Source: Eremomyces bilateralis CBS 781.70
Taxonomy: Eukaryota
DNA: 64,000 bases
Strand: one strand, 5' to 3'
Assembly (NCBI GenBank): GCA_010015585.1
Contig: ML975161.1
This document shows positions 35,689 through 50,222 of the stretch, in pieces (position 1 is the stretch's first letter; each line of letters opens with the position of its first letter). A model generated the notes under the pieces. The model saw only the letters and a list, made by a program, of their open reading frames with translations. It was not told the DNA's origin and did no database searches. The translations under genes and the position numbers were made by a program.

Positions 35689-38600
35689 GTTGAACGATGT
35701 CAACAGTTGATCTTGGGCGAGATGCTCCAACTGTCAATCGTTGCCGAATTGAAGTAGTGCAAACAGGGGGTGTGTATGTGAGTTTCCGTCAACGTGTTTG
35801 TTGTGATGATGCAGTGTTCCAGCCTGCCTGGGATGGAATTTTGAATGTCGGCTGCAGTATTTTGAAAGTATTTGTTGACAGTGTGCAGTGAGAGAGAAAA
35901 TGGGAGAAGCCAAGCAGAAAATATATGTGTGATGCCACTTGACAGTCACCAGTTGCCACTTTTAGAGTTGAATGAACCCACAGCAGAGCGCGTGCGTGCA
36001 AAACAATTGGTAATTGGAGCAAAGCAGTAACTGGGAGAAGCAAAGGATGAAGAAAGGGGATTGGGGGTGTTTGTGAAATGTGTGAGAAGGCGGACAGAAG
36101 CGGGAGATTGAGCAGATGTGAAGGAAGACAAATTTCTTTTCACCATCAGCGCTCAAGGAACTTCGCCATTCATGTGAAGAAGCAGCAACTGAATCCAATA
36201 AACAACAAGCGAACTCGGTGGAGCGAGAAACAAAGATATATATTTCTTATTTCCGCTTTCTCCAGTAACGCACTCCGGATCCTCTGACCCTGTTTCATGA
36301 AACTTCCAGATCTTCTGGCTTTCGGGGTCCCACCTATGGGATGCTGCATGTTTGCTCCTCGTTTTATATTCGCCAATACTTACCTTGTCGTGGGGCCCTT
36401 TCATCAATGATCTTCCATGTTCCATGCGTCGATCACGCTTGCTGTAGTGAAGCTACGCTACGGGATCATTCGATGCCAACCGGACACCGCGGCTAGGCGC
36501 CTCGTGATAGACGTGGCATTTCGAGATTCACACATCGGCTTATTGGTTCGAATACTATGCGAGACATGTCCCTTGGTTGTCGCCAAGTTACGTATCACTT
36601 TCCTATCTTTCGATAGAGTCATATCTTTGTGAGAGTCGGTGAACATGGTCCGCATTCCGAGGAGAACTGCAGCGAGGAGCTCAAGCGCTGGCAAGGAGAA
36701 AATAACCATGGATGTTGGAATTGCGATAATATCCAGGAATCCATGACGTTGCTGTCGTTCCTGCATTAATGCAGGGAAAATTGGCCAGGTACCGCTGGAA
36801 AGCATGTTTGGTAGGACGGGGGACATCGATCCCCTACAGGACTAGAAGGATACTTTCCAAAGGGTGCCTAGAACTTCGATACTTTCCAAAGGCTAGGAAC
36901 TTGGAATACAAGCGGAGGTGGGAAGTGAGCGAAGATGTGTCGTTGGAGGTTGAGTGCGATGTCAAACAAAGGCGTCGAGGTTGGAAACGCTGGATTTGGT
37001 GGAGAACCAGAAGAGCGGCATCATTGGGCGCATCTTCGGTTGGCTTGGGCTTAGCGACCACCACCCGGTCATGGATCAGGAGCTAAGAGAGCCACGGAAA
37101 CACGGATGTGGACGATCCTTTTTTTCTATTGTCTGGATTTAGAGCGTTTGATGGTTGGGCGGGAATCCCGTCTGACTCGTTGTGGGCGAGCGATTCTGAA
37201 ACTGGGTTGCTGGTCGCTGGTGAGGTGGCTGCTTGATCCCAATTCCCATCGCATCCACCAGACACACCACTGGTCATCATCTGAGATGAAGTCCATCTAA
37301 ACAGATTTAGTTCATGACTTGGTGATATTACACGCCTTCCTCATCAAGATTCAGGGATGCTATCGGTTGTCCATTCATTGGAGATGATTTTGGTCAAGAG
37401 TCGCCCTACGGACATGCGCTGCCTTGTTTCGTCCACGAGGCAGCAAACTCGGAGCTTCGTCTGATGTCTCGAGTATCTAGTCGAGTCCGAACGGGATCCT
37501 CGGGCGCGAACTGGTCGCAAAGCCATTGATCTGCTCGTGAACCGTGCGGGTGTTGATGATAGGTAGTTAGGTACTACCGATCTGTCAAACGTCAAAAGTA
37601 AGGCCGGCATTGCCAGTCCTGCTTCAGGTCTACATGTGAAGTGTCCATGTCATGTACCTTCTCATATAACTTAGGTGTGGCAATACCCCTAGGTACTTCG
37701 TTACCCGTTTTGAACTCCGCGATTTGTTTGGATGGAAGCAGTTTGGAATGTTTCAGACAGATGAACCCCCGCACCATATCCGGTCATTCCACCATTGCGT
37801 TCCCATCCCTGAGACACGGGTTTATTGTTCCAGGTAATACTGTGATATATAGCCGCCTTTATTAATTCAACACAAGGGTATCATGTGCAAGATTTAAGGG
37901 TCGAGGTGTCTAGTGAGCACGATCTGCAGAGAGGAGTACAGGCGGTCGAGTTTGTTACTAGATTTCATCACAGGATAGTCGAGGTAACATAATACAGGTA
38001 CCCCGAATAGAGATCAGAACAAGGCGACTGAGAAGGCCTTAACGCCTAAATGATGGTCGACAATGCTGCTATCAGGGACTGATGAACACAGGGGTTCAAA
38101 GACTTATCTCTTTTATATCGAGGCCTCCATAATGGGTCGATTCCCCCCTTTTCGAACCCGATACTAGGAACGAATTACCTTTACGAAGTCCTTCGCCGAG
38201 TACGACAGGCGATTTTTAAGTGTCTGAGTTACCCAGTGCGGGCGATGTTCCATTGCCGATGTGTGTGTCGCCAGCTCTTTTCGACTCCGTGGCCGTGGTA
38301 GCAGCAATCCCGGATCCAGGGACGTATGGATTGGAGAAACGAAATCGATGACACCTTGAGCTTGATTTTCGCATTCAGCATCCTGTGTAAAGGCGGAAGG
38401 TATCTCGACATGCCTGACAAATGCTGTCCTGTGTGCAGCACTCGATCTTTGAAAAGGGAGGAATATTCTGGATATATGGGACCACTCCATCGTTCCCGAG
38501 TGGCTGGAGACATCCAGGTCAATTCAGTAAACCGAGGAAGATCTTCTCTAAGGGTTTGCTTTGGAGAGGATACAGAACATAAAGCACGCGACTGTTAATG

Positions 38601-39174
38601 AACAAGGAAACATGAGGGGTGAGAGGCTGCTCAGTGGCGTTGGAGAAGTCCAATTCTGCAATTGGCTATTATTGAAGGCATATCAACCTCACGAGGCGAG
38701 ATTAAGGCGAGTAATATGCAATGGCAAGGCTAATTTCAAGGGAAACCGGAGTATATCAGTACAAAAGCAGTTTTGATCACGCTCCTAATGGTTACTGTAA
38801 GTTGAGTTTATTTTCGACTCAATGCTCGGAGGCGATGTCGAACATCTAAGTTGATTGCACGCTGCTCGAGTTCCAAGTCAAAAGTAAAGAAACTGCTCAG
38901 AAGCCGAGACCAAGAGAGCGTTAGGATACTAGTATTCTGTTTAGTGTTATAGTGCACCTCGTCTCTCGTTGGGTGTTGTTTTCGTTCCTCAACAGCAGAA
39001 CTATGTACAGCAATCATCACACCAGACAGGATATATGTAAGCGAACACAGTTATCGCCTACACTCCTTTCCTTCGAACAAGTTTAGCCCTTCCCTGATTT
39101 TAGTTCTACCCTCAGTTTCAGTCTCATATCCCATACATTATCAAGTCAAGTCCCACAGGCGTATCGATTTCACC

Positions 39175-41705
39175 ATGGTCTCCTACTATGGGGACGCCGC
39201 TCACATCCGTCGGGACCTCCAACGTGCACGAGAGAGCGCCCTGGAGCACGCACACCTAGGTCATGAGCCAAGAGAAAGCTCTCATCTGTGTCCCCGACAA
39301 ATCGGCGCTATTGACGATTGTGTTTCTTGCGATCCTGGTAGAATGTGTCTTGCGGACGGCACTGTCATCACTCCACTTGAAGATACCTTTCCAACCGCAT
39401 ACGATGATACTCAAGGCTCGATTGATGTAGAGGAATTTGATCTGGTTGGGAATCCACTACCGGCGCTGGTTACTCTTGAAGAGGCGGTGGATCTTGCTAA
39501 GGAGGTGGCGCTAGCGACTGAGTCGACTGAATCAAAGGGTAAGCGTCCTGGATTAAAGGATTGAGGCAACATATCAGTACTAACTCGATATTTTAGAACG
39601 AGTAGAAGAAGAAGACACCAAATATCAGCAGGGATGGAAGAACCATTTTACGGCTCGAACTGCGAGCATGGCCCTGAATAACCCAATCCATGGAGAGGAA
39701 GCGGTCACATATATATTCAATGCAGGTACAGTAAAACCTCATAAACCAGGTCATATCTCTCCCATCGGACCACTGATCGCTAACCTTGCTAGGAATCAAC
39801 AATGGCCGCTACCTCTGGACCATGAGAAAAGCCTACCGCTGGCTCCAAATCTGCGATACCACCCACCAATGCATCGCCACCTCCTTCCCCTTCCACTACC
39901 TGCCCCCCCGCGTCCTCGACCTCGGCGACACCTTTTCCCCCCACGTCTCACTCATCGAGCCCGCGCACCGCGAAGTGGGCTCCCGGCAATACATGACGCT
40001 CAGCCACCTCTCGAGCCTTGAGCCGCTCAAGAAATGGGAGCTGACCACCAAGAACATCGCGCTACTCCAGGCCGGGATCCCCGTGACGTCGTTGCCACCA
40101 CTCTACCAGGACGCCGTCGCCGTGTGCCACTACCTCGGGATCCAAAATCTCTGGATCTTCGCCGCCTGCGTCGCGCAGGATGACCCCGTCGACGTGTTCG
40201 AGACGCGCGGGCAGATGGGCGAGATTGTGCGGCACGCGCACTGCAACATCGAGGCGGCGAACGCCGGGGATGTCTATGGGCGGCTGTTCCACGGACATAT
40301 GCTTAGGCGGTTCCCGGATGAAGAGTCGTTGCAGGGACATATGGATGATCAGCCGCTGTTTCGGCGAGCGGACTCGCTGCAGGAGGAGATATTGCCGGCA
40401 CGGACGATCCGGTTCACGGAGCATGCGGTGCTGTTTCTCTGTCGGGAAGTGATGCTCTCGGCGGATCTGATCAAGAAGATTTCTAGGCCTCCGTATCATC
40501 TACCCACGGTCTTGCCATCCCAACAAGTTCCCACCACAGACACCGAAAGCAATGACACGGCCTCTAACACCGGGGAAAGTTCACCGCCTCGGACAGCGGC
40601 GACTCTTTCCTCTACCAGCGCCAGCAACCCACCTGAGAACCAGCTTCATAAAATTCAAGCTCTCCACCACCTCCACTTTTTCAAAGTCCTCCTCGCTTCA
40701 GATCCAGTGGTCGACGACTCCATCCTCCAATTTACCACCTCCTGGATCTCGGTAGTGGAAGCCTACACACGACGACTCATCACCGTGAATGCCCCCGCCA
40801 ACCGACTCTACCCCCTCGCAGGCCTCGCATTCGCCCTACAGTCCCACGTCTCCATGCAGTACGTTTGTGGGATCTGGCACCACCGCCTAGCCATGCTCTA
40901 CATGCTCTGCTGGCTCATCGAGGACAACTGCGTCGACTACCGCAACGGCATCACCGAGAGTTTCGACCTCGGATCCCACCAATTCGCCCCCTCGCCAAAG
41001 AAGAGAAAACCGATCAAGAAATGGGACATCAGTAAACTCATCTCCCCCGCCTCCGAGACCGATTTCACCCCTTCTCCCCCTATCACCCCGATCTCCGGCC
41101 AATTCCGTCTCGACAGCACCCACCCCCACAGCCGCACCGCCAGCATGCGCGTCCACCACCCCCTCATCCCCTCCTGGTCCTGGGCCTGTCTCCTCGCCCA
41201 CCGGCCCACCTCCTTTCCCCTCGCGGAACATCTCCCGCCCGGCCACCCCTGCACCCCGATCGCGCGCCTAGTCTCGCTCTCCTGCCACGCCACCCCAGGC
41301 GTCCATCAGCCGCTTGACCGGCTGCTCGGGTCCCTACAGAAAGCCGAGCTGCGGGTCGAGACGCGTCTGTTGGACCCGTACCACGTGCAGCCTGGCGCGT
41401 TGGCGGATCGGCTTGGGAAGATGGAGGAGGAGGGGACGCAGTGGCCGGGGGTGGAGAAGTGGTGGGATGTGAGACAGTATAGCGATGGGAGCGCGGAGGG
41501 GCAGGTGCGGCCGGTGTATATGCCGTTGCTGTGGGAGCGGGAGGGAAAGGATGGGGTGTGTGTGGGGTTGATTGTGGAGGGGGTGGAGACGGCGTGGAGG
41601 GTGGAGGATGCGTTTCAGCGGTTAGGGTTGTTTCGGATGACGTTTGCGGAGGATTCGGTATTTACGGTGGGGATGTTGCCGTGGAGGACGGTGTGGCTCA
41701 TGTGA
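39175..41705 (+). CDS. Divergent HET-domain protein; introns 39539-39596 and 39726-39792
   Basis: Three exons join in frame; WLQIC..H..C, LPPRVLDL, YMTLSH, LYQDAV, LWI...CVAQDD, RA..LQE, W..VVEAYT, PSWSWA. Confidence 0.82.
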
Positions 41706-42520
41706 GATAGTGGAAAGGAGTTGCTGGGAAGCAGGGGAGCCTGAAGACGTCTTGGTTCTGGGTCACTGAAAGAAGGATACTGATGTTTCTCGAAAGCGAA
41801 GGACTTGTAGTATTAATTAGTATTAACTAGAAGGTATAAAATCAATGTTACTCAAAGAAAAGACAAGAGAGGAAAAGGAAAACAGGAGATAGTCGAAGGA
41901 GAATATATAGCATCGTTCAGGGGTAGTGTTGCCAATTCCTTCTCTTTTGACAGCCAGCTGGGATATGATCTAAATTCGCAGACTTAAGCTTCATGGTATC
42001 TTGCCTTATACTTCCGACGTGTAAGAAGTCTATGATACGTTTCGAGTAAAGTGGCAAGGCTGGATGTCTGAATAGTTACGGAACTTGACAATTGCGTCAG
42101 GTCTGTTCTATGAGGGGAAGCTTTGTGGTGCCGTCATCTCGACAAGCCCTATTATGGCAATCGGTACTATCCATTCTTCTCCCATCTTTAAAGGTACATC
42201 TGATGCGTTGGTGCCTTGTGGCCTTGTGCCCCATTTTTCTATCTCCTCCTTCTATCTTCTCTATCTGCTTCTAACATAGGAAATTATTATAACTGTGGTA
42301 TGGGGATAAGATGGTCAGTTTGCTGGACGTCTCTGTTCCTCTACGTAGTAGGTTCTGTTCTAGAGTGACGCTGCTCTTATATACTCGGGTGTTCAGGTGG
42401 AGCCCGCAATAGCGTCGAATTGATCACTCCTGACGATTCAGCAAGCCAAGTGACCCCAGCTCAAAGCTCTCTATCGACCATTTCTCCGCTGCGAGATGCG
42501 TGGAAATAGCTTCAGAGATA

Positions 42521-42634
42521 TACGAATAATTACGAATAATTACGAATAATGCAAATATTTATTCGTACGAATACTAGTAAGCGGAAATTCTAAATTTATT
42601 CGTATTCGACTACGAATAGTCGTGTCCAGCCCTA
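42521..42634 (-). mobile_element. Solo terminus of a probable hAT-type DNA transposon
   Basis: Minus-strand end TAGGGCTGGACAC followed by ~7 copies of TACGAATA in both orientations, including (TACGAATAAT)x3. Confidence 0.55.
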
Positions 42635-42846
42635 TGTGTGCCCCTCAACTTGGCGCGCTCACAACCGCATCCATCCCGCATCTTCGTCAATGATATCTGG
42701 AACCACGGCTCCAATGCGACTGCTTCCCTGTGTACAGCTCGCATGTTGTATGCGCGGGGAGCAGATAAGTAGCCTGCTCTCCCAGCAATCGAACGATGTC
42801 GTCTTCAGCTGTCATACCTTCCTCGAGGACGGGATATCGATACACC

Positions 42847-44667
42847 ATGGTTCCGAAAGACGACACTGCCGTGCAGGTTGATATCCAGGGTGTGGTGGAT
42901 AGTGAAGGGGATGACACCGCGGGAAGGGAAGCGAAGTGGCAGGAGATCACTAGACGAGATCGGTATACCTTACCTTGCACCGTTCACAGCTTCAAAGGAC
43001 CAGCACCTCTAACAAACCTCACCAGCTACCTCGGCGCCCTCCTCATCAACCTCCTCGCCTTTCTTCTCCCCGCCCTCTACTCCACGCTCTCCAAACCATG
43101 GGTCGCCTCCATCGACTCCTCCCTCGTGGCCACCACGGACGTCTACACGTACATCTCCGTCGTTGCCGAAGTCCTCAACGAAGGCCTCCCCCGCGCCGCC
43201 TGGCTCGTCATCGGTGACCGCGCCTCCCGCCCTCTCCCCCAGCGCGTCGGCCTCACCTACACCCTCATCCTCTTCCAGTCGGTCCTCGGTCTGATAATGA
43301 GCATCGCGTTCGTCGGCGCTGCCGCTACCTTCGCGAAGGGCTTCGTCTCCGCGCCAACGCGCTGCATCAGCGTCTCGTACGTCCGCATCGTGGCGTTTTC
43401 GGCGCTCAGTTCCGCGGTCGAGACGGCGGTGGCGACGGCGACGCGGGCGCTGGATCAACCGGACGTGCCGCTGGTGATCAGCAGCGTGAAGTTCGGTGTG
43501 AACATCGTGTTGGATTTCCTGATCATCTCGAAGTTTCACGTCGGGGGGCATGTGCCCACGGTTAATATGCAGGCTGGCATCCTCCTCGCGTGTAACCTGT
43601 CTTCCGCGGTCATCGGTCTGGGGTACTTCGTCGTCATGAGTACGCGACACCTTCGCGTGGGATATGGCGCGGAAGGGCTGCGTGCTGCCCACCCGACGTT
43701 CCGCGCTCTTCGGGTCCTTGCGCGGCCGGGGTCACTTACGTTCCTCGAGTCCGCAGTCCGCAACGCGCTGTATCTCTGGTTGATCAGCGGGATCGTGTCG
43801 ATGGGACTCCAGTATGCGACCGCATGGGGCGTCTTCAACACCATCCGCTGGGGCCTCGTCATGGTGCCGGTGTCCGCGCTAGAGGCGACTACGTTGACGT
43901 TCGTGGGGCACCGGTGGGGGACGTGGCGGCGGGGGATCGGGGTCGAAGAGCGGCGGCCACGGGCGGAGGCGCGAGCGCTGCGGGGGATCGGGAAGCCGGC
44001 GGTGTGGTGGGCGGCGGCGGCGCTGGTGGTGGAGGTGCCAGTGTGTGTGTTCTTGTCTGTCTGGGGCGCGAAGGGGTTCGCGAGGTGTCTGTCGGGGGAT
44101 GAGGAGGTGGCGGCAATTACGGAGCGGATGTGGAGGACGATTGATTGGTGTTATGTGATGTATGCGGTGTCAACGCAACTGGCGGCGGTGTTGTTGGCGA
44201 CGAGACCGCTGTGGTATCTGTATCAGTCGCTGGTGTCGAACTTACTGTACGTGCTGCCGTGGGCGATCGTGTGTCAGGTGGTGAAATTGGATCCGAGGAA
44301 CGAATGGACGTATCATAGTCTCGTGTTCGGGGGGAGCTTAGTGTTCTCGTTCGTCGATATTCTCATTGTCGATGGCCTGTGGCTTGGGTGCTCTGGAGCG
44401 GACGGGCGAGGCTGGAGAAGTTCAGGGAGGCATGAACTTGGCGATATCGCATGGTCTCCGGAGTTCCACCCTGCTCTATCGTACCATGAGGAATTGATAT
44501 CCGACAGTTCTCTTGACAAGGGAGTGGCGAGATATGTTCAATATAATTCCTATGGGATCAATACCCAGCTATCGCTATCTATCGTCCGCTCGTGGACAAC
44601 GGCGTTCCGACGATACCTGAACCTCTCAAATCCAACAGGACAGGATGTTAGAGATATATATAAATAG
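42847..44667 (+). CDS. MATE/MOP-like multi-pass membrane transporter; intron 42963-43025; probable 3' frameshift
   Basis: Many TM segments; [55 protein letters not shown]. Confidence 0.78.
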   Translation: MVPKDDTAVQVDIQGVVDSEGDDTAGREAKWQEITRRDRYTLPCTVHSFKGPAPLTNLTSYLGALLINLLAFLLPALYSTLSKPWVASIDSSLVATTDVYTYISVVAEVLNEGLPRAAWLVIGDRASRPLPQRVGLTYTLILFQSVLGLIMSIAFVGAAATFAKGFVSAPTRCISVSYVRIVAFSALSSAVETAVATATRALDQPDVPLVISSVKFGVNIVLDFLIISKFHVGGHVPTVNMQAGILLACNLSSAVIGLGYFVVMSTRHLRVGYGAEGLRAAHPTFRALRVLARPGSLTFLESAVRNALYLWLISGIVSMGLQYATAWGVFNTIRWGLVMVPVSALEATTLTFVGHRWGTWRRGIGVEERRPRAEARALRGIGKPAVWWAAAALVVEVPVCVFLSVWGAKGFARCLSGDEEVAAITERMWRTIDWCYVMYAVSTQLAAVLLATRPLWYLYQSLVSNLLYVLPWAIVCQVVKLDPRNEWTYHSLVFGGSLVFSFVDILIVDGLWLGCSGADGRGWRSSGRHELGDIAWSPEFHPALSYHEELISDSSLDKGVARYVQYNSYGINTQLSLSIVRSWTTAFRRYLNLSNPTGQDVRDIYK

Positions 44668-45382
44668 CCCGACTAAGCCGCCCTTGCCCTTATTATGGCA
44701 ATGACGCTATCCCAACTTCCGTATTCCGTATATTAATTAAATGCGGCTCCAATCCCACGAGGCTGCGCCACGATTCTTTCTCATAATGTCGTCTTTTCCA
44801 ACATTTTTCTCCTCCGAGCACGTCAGCCTCCCCAGTCCGCTTGTCGCTAGTCGCTTGTTAGCCGTACTTTTTAGTAGTCCGCGAAACTCCTCCGAACGGC
44901 TCTAGTTCATCCATATGGGATGATCTTCGATTCGGAGCCCGTGGACAACGAATCCTCATCTGTGCAACGGATCCGATCCTTGCCCCGCTGGCGGCCGAGT
45001 GGAGTGGATGGCTGTGCTGACGGGCGCAATCTTATTATCTTAACCAAGAAAATCTCTGAGTCTTCTGGTTCTCGATCGTAAAGATCCTGTTTGAAGAATC
45101 ATGAAATAATGAATATTTTGAGTCTTTGATTTCTTTACAAACTTTATGGTATACTCTGCATGCCAAAGGGTCCAGTGACGTAGACGGTTCACTGCCATAT
45201 AGTACCCATACCAAGGAACTGTTCGGGTTGTGGTGCTACTAGCCGCATCACACTACCTGGACACCTATAGCCTACAGGACTTCTTTGTTCAAATTCAACC
45301 TCTGAGACATCGATATCACCTCCACCCTTCATTAAATCGTATCGATTCCACCCATTCAGATCCGTTCCCGAACGGGAACACG

Positions 45383-48300
45383 ATGGCGACCCTAAAGAAG
45401 AAGCCGTCGCGCCTCTCCACCTTCTTCTCCTCCTCCTCCTTCTCCTCGTCAACCGACCTCTCCCTGCCCCCCCAGGAGCAACCCCCACCGCAACCTCAGG
45501 CTCAATTACATCCAGATGTGCCGCGAGGAAGATTCCGACAGGACTCGCTACCTCCGCCGCCGAGCGTGAATCTCCACCCGACCTTTGTGCCCGATCAATT
45601 TGCTGCCCACCACCGCGTGGCCAGCGGGCCGGCATACTACACCCCACCGGCGCCGGAAAATGCCCCTCCTCCACCGCCAGCACACGGCGACCTTCCGCCG
45701 CCCTATCAGCCCGGACAACAACCTTCCCCACAACCAGATAATCCTCATAAGTCCCCCTCTATCTTGCGGAAGCCGGTAGCAACCAGTAGCGAGCAGGTCC
45801 GCTCAAGGTCTCCGCTCCGCAAATCCGCCTCGCACGCTAACCTCGCGGTACCGGGATTGCAACCGATCGCGCTAAGAGATGGGGCGAAGAGCCAGCCTGG
45901 AAGTCGACCCAGCACTCCGGACGAGAAGGCGAGAGAGAAGAAGTTGACGCGGAAGAGCTGGTTTGGAGGGGGAGGCGGCCAGGAGAGTTCGAGGTCGAAA
46001 GCGCAGCAAGCGTGGGTGGTGACAGGGCGGGAGACGGGCGGTCGAGGGGAGGGGTCGGAGGGTCAACCGAAGCCGGTGGAGGAGTATCCACTTGGGAGAC
46101 TATTCGGAGGGAATATGGTGAGTTTGAAGAGCGCGAAGCAGATAAGTTGGGCAATTGGAGAACAGACATGACTGAAACGGACTGATAGATTCCGGAGCTA
46201 TGGGATGAGAATGGGAATGCATTCATCCACCTATTTCCAAAGGCATCCAACAAAGGGCCGTCTTTCCGGATCCACTCTCATCTATTTGCAGAGTCCCCGG
46301 GATTGAACAAACTGGCGCGCGCAAATCAGACACTTGAAGCACAAATGTCTGGGGTTTCTCTCGCTCCTGGTTCAACGGAAGGCAGCGATGGCGGTCTGGC
46401 CCCGTATGGGACCGATTTACTCCAGGCTCCGGAGATCCATCTCTATCTTCCGCTACCCCTCAGCATCAATCGGAACCCGCCGCAACCAGGACAGCCGGAA
46501 CGATTAACGGGAGAGGATATGGACGTGTTGATAAACGTGCGCAACGTGTTCTCCTTTCTCGTTGGGCAGTCGTTGGTGGCGACGGAGCGAATACCGACGC
46601 CTTTCCACGTATTCATGAACGTTGCAGAGCAGCTTAATCACTTCGAGTTCTCAAACATTGATGGATCGACGTTCGGGGAGGCGGCGAATACTTCTTTCAC
46701 CCTCTACATTGACGAGCTGGGGCTTGCCGATGTACGTAGCAGCCGGGAGAACACCATTGAAGCGGTCGTCCTGGCCGAGAGGATGCGAAGCGTGGTGCTG
46801 TACAATGAAGCATTCGTTCACGCCGTCGGGAAATATGAAGAAATTGACAAGGTCAAGTCTCCAAAATTCGAGCTCATCAGCCCGATGACGCGTAACCGAC
46901 TCGAGCGCGCAAGCATGGATCTCTTCCTCCGCCAAAAGACGCTCAACTCCAAACTAGAAGACTTCCAATTCCCATTCCTCTTCTCCGGCATCATGAACAG
47001 CAAGACCAGCGAAGAAGGCAAGCTAGTGCGGTTCGACGTGTGGAAAGAGAATTTCATGGTCACCCGCCGATTCATCCTGGGCTACTACAAAGACAAATAC
47101 GGCGCCTGGCCACCGAAGGCGCGCCACAAAAAGAACGCCCTCACCATCGATGGCCTCAACCGCATCGTCCTCAAATCCCTCTACGCCGACCTTGCGCAAC
47201 TATACGACCTCCTCGTCGACCGCACCGCCCTCACCCCCCGCTCCTACGACGGCGTCTCCCAATCCGCCGATTCCACCGACCCCACCGGCCAAAACCCCAT
47301 GGCCGTCGCCCTCCGCTGTGTCCTCTCCGAATACGATCGCTCCGTCCCCCCCGTCCTCCCCCCCATCCCCTTCGATCTCCCCATCTTCCCTACCCTCACC
47401 CGCCCGGACTTCGGCCGCGGCGACACCAAGCACGACACCAAAACCGCCCGTAAAAAGCTCAAAGACGGCGATCTTCACGCCGTCCTCCGCGCCTCCCGCA
47501 ACCCGGACGCCGCCCAAGTCCCCACCCCCTTCCTCGCCGCCTTCCAATCCTTCGAAGCCAAGTTCGCCCGCGGCACCACTCTCGACGACCTCCGCGAATT
47601 CCGCGCTGGCCTCTGGCTGTTCCTCTACGCCGTCTTCCAATCCCTCCCCCTCCTCGTTGTTGACGCCCCCGGAGTCCGCTTCACCGACGGCGTCGAGTAC
47701 TTTCTCTGCCAGCCGCCGCGCGCCGGCGCCCCCTGGGCGAAGGCACGCGCGGACGGCGGGGCCGACAAGACCTGGTTCGGGGTCGCGGGGACGACGGGCG
47801 TGGTGAGCATGCCGATGGATGTGATCAAGCATGGGGTCGAGGGGGTGTATCGGCGCAGTCATGCGTGGGTGCGCGGGGATATGTGGGCGAAGGCGTTGGG
47901 GAGGAGTGGAGTCGTGGCGCAGGTGGATGGGGCGAGGAAGGCGGAGGATGGAGAGTTGGCGAGTGAGCCGAGGATCCCGGTGGCGGAGATGGGTGCGGGG
48001 ACGCCGCCGTTTGGGCCGGGGAGTTCGTCTTTTGTTGGCACGGGGACGCCGCCCTTTATTGGGGCGGGGACGCCGCCCTTTGTTGGAGCGGCGACTCCGC
48101 CGTTAGGTGCAGTGGGTGGAGCTCCCTATGGCGTGAGGCCTGTGAGCCGGGCGCTGGATTCAGGGCTGCAGCCGGTACGGTCGGTGTCGGGTGACGACGT
48201 GAGTCCGATGCTGAGGCCGGAGCAGGGCGGCATGATGATTTCGCCAGGAGAGGTTGGAGGACTGCCGCCACCTGCGGCACCAGGAAGGATGAGAGCGCTG

Positions 48301-48399
48301 AGTCATGGACGGATGGAGAGGGATCGGAAAGCGAGTATGACGTTCGACGATATCTTGGGAACGGCGGGGAAGAGCGGGAATGGGAAGAAGAAGAGGTGA
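45383..48399 (+). CDS. Conserved fungal hypothetical protein with Pro-rich N-terminus; intron 46118-46188
   Basis: Two long ORFs join in frame; ELWDE.G..IHLFP..GPSF, YNEAFVHAVG, YGAWPPKA, VEYFLCQPP motifs. Confidence 0.85.
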
Positions 48400-50222
48400 A
48401 GATGATTAGGCTACTATATTGGATCCTTCTGCAATGAGACCTCGATGGGTGGATGCGTTTGGATATGCTGCGTTTCTCTTGCGAGGTACTCACGGCTCTT
48501 GATATAACGATGTTGACGATCTGAATAGAAACGAGGAGATGAGATATGCCGTACGAGGCGGTGGAAATCTGATTTGGTGTGGACTTTACCGATGCTCGAA
48601 CTGAGATGTGACATACGCCGATATGACGCAAATCATAAAAGGAAACAAGGCTTAAGGTTTTTGATCTAGTTCGGATAGCCTCCCCCATAGTCTGCTCTAG
48701 AAACGGGGATGTGTGCTGCGAGATATCAAGTTCATTATCGTCTTTCATCTTTCATCCGCTACCTATCATAGCTTCATTGTTCTCTCCTTTCGTCCATCGG
48801 GCGGATCGCCACAGTTCTATGATCTGACGGCGAATCTTATTTCTTACTGAATCCTTCATTCATGTCCGCCTGTTCTCCAGTATACCTTTACATATATGTC
48901 TGGATCTTAGGCGTCGTCTCTCACCACCCCTATTCCTCAAAGTCATTCACTGCCAAGATAGCTAAAAAGAACTTCACCGAAGCTCGAGCTCGCATTGCGC
49001 TTAGGACATTTTGGAGATCCTCATTTCCATCTTGTTGGTTCCTACCTTACGTAGGTGACCTCATTCGCACCACCTATTGTGCTTCAGCCAGAGCGTCCCA
49101 CATCTGCCCTATGCAATACTTCTGCAAACAGCCGCATCTTACATGTACAAGATTGAATAAAGGGCTTAATCCCCCACAGCATGGGCTTACTGGCAGTTAT
49201 TTCAACCATTCAAGCCTTGGAAAAATCCCAACGCTTGGGTTTTCAGGCTACTGATGCCACTAACCCAATGTCCATCGCTGACATCACCATAACTTCCACA
49301 ATTTGGCATTTGCTTCGGTATATGGATATCATGCTCATATTTCAATCAACCCCTACCCAGTCCACATATTCTATTGAGTACGATCGCAATACCGGTTGCC
49401 TAAAGGCTAATTGAGCACACACAGCCGGAAAACGCACGAATGCAATATCATCACATTCGCTCTTTCCTATCAAGAATGACTATACCATCACGGTTTGGCC
49501 GTCAACACCTTATTTGGGCTAATTCTGCCACACCGCTTCATTGAGGCTAATTACGATAGTTTCGAAGCAAACAAACCTCCCCACTCCCGGTACTTTCCGC
49601 GCTCTGGACCTTTGGTCTCCACGAGAGTCCGCGACTGCTCGAAATGATACGCATTCGCCAGCTAGTCATGCCGTATTCAGTCTAATTGACCTTGAAATCA
49701 CTCGGGAACATTTCTATGGATCTGCCTCGATGGAGCATAGCCTAGATCAGTGTCTACCTGTTCCATATCGGCGAATGCGCAATGTAAGCGCGAAGAGAGC
49801 CGAGCCTGTCTCTTGGTGAGTTTGAACTAGTTGTACTTTGAACTGTGCTGAAGCGAAACTAGCATCTTCCCTATTGAGGAAGTTCCTGGGGCGCAACAGC
49901 TCAACCATCAAACGCAGGTACCTCACCGTCCGCGTAACCTGGTAAAGGTATGACCCCAGCTTCCCGTACAATGTCAACGTCGTTTGCGCGTCCGTTCTAT
50001 ACAAATACAATGGCATTATTCGAGTCTCCGCAACAAAGAGGAAAATACCACTGTACTTCCATTATACATTCAGCAATGGCTTTGTCCTCTGTCCATATCA
50101 ACATGACTATCTCTCCCTCCAGTTGTCTATCCCTTTCTGTTTCTTCAGATCGAAACATCAGTGTCAGGATCTCTGCTTACTATCACCCTGGTAGTGTGTG
50201 TATTGCACTAAACAACACTAAT

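Noticed and set aside
36400..38800. Chains of short ORFs and a 15-bp tandem duplication near 36850-36893
   Set aside because: No identifiable family; treated as intergenic or an unrecognisable relic
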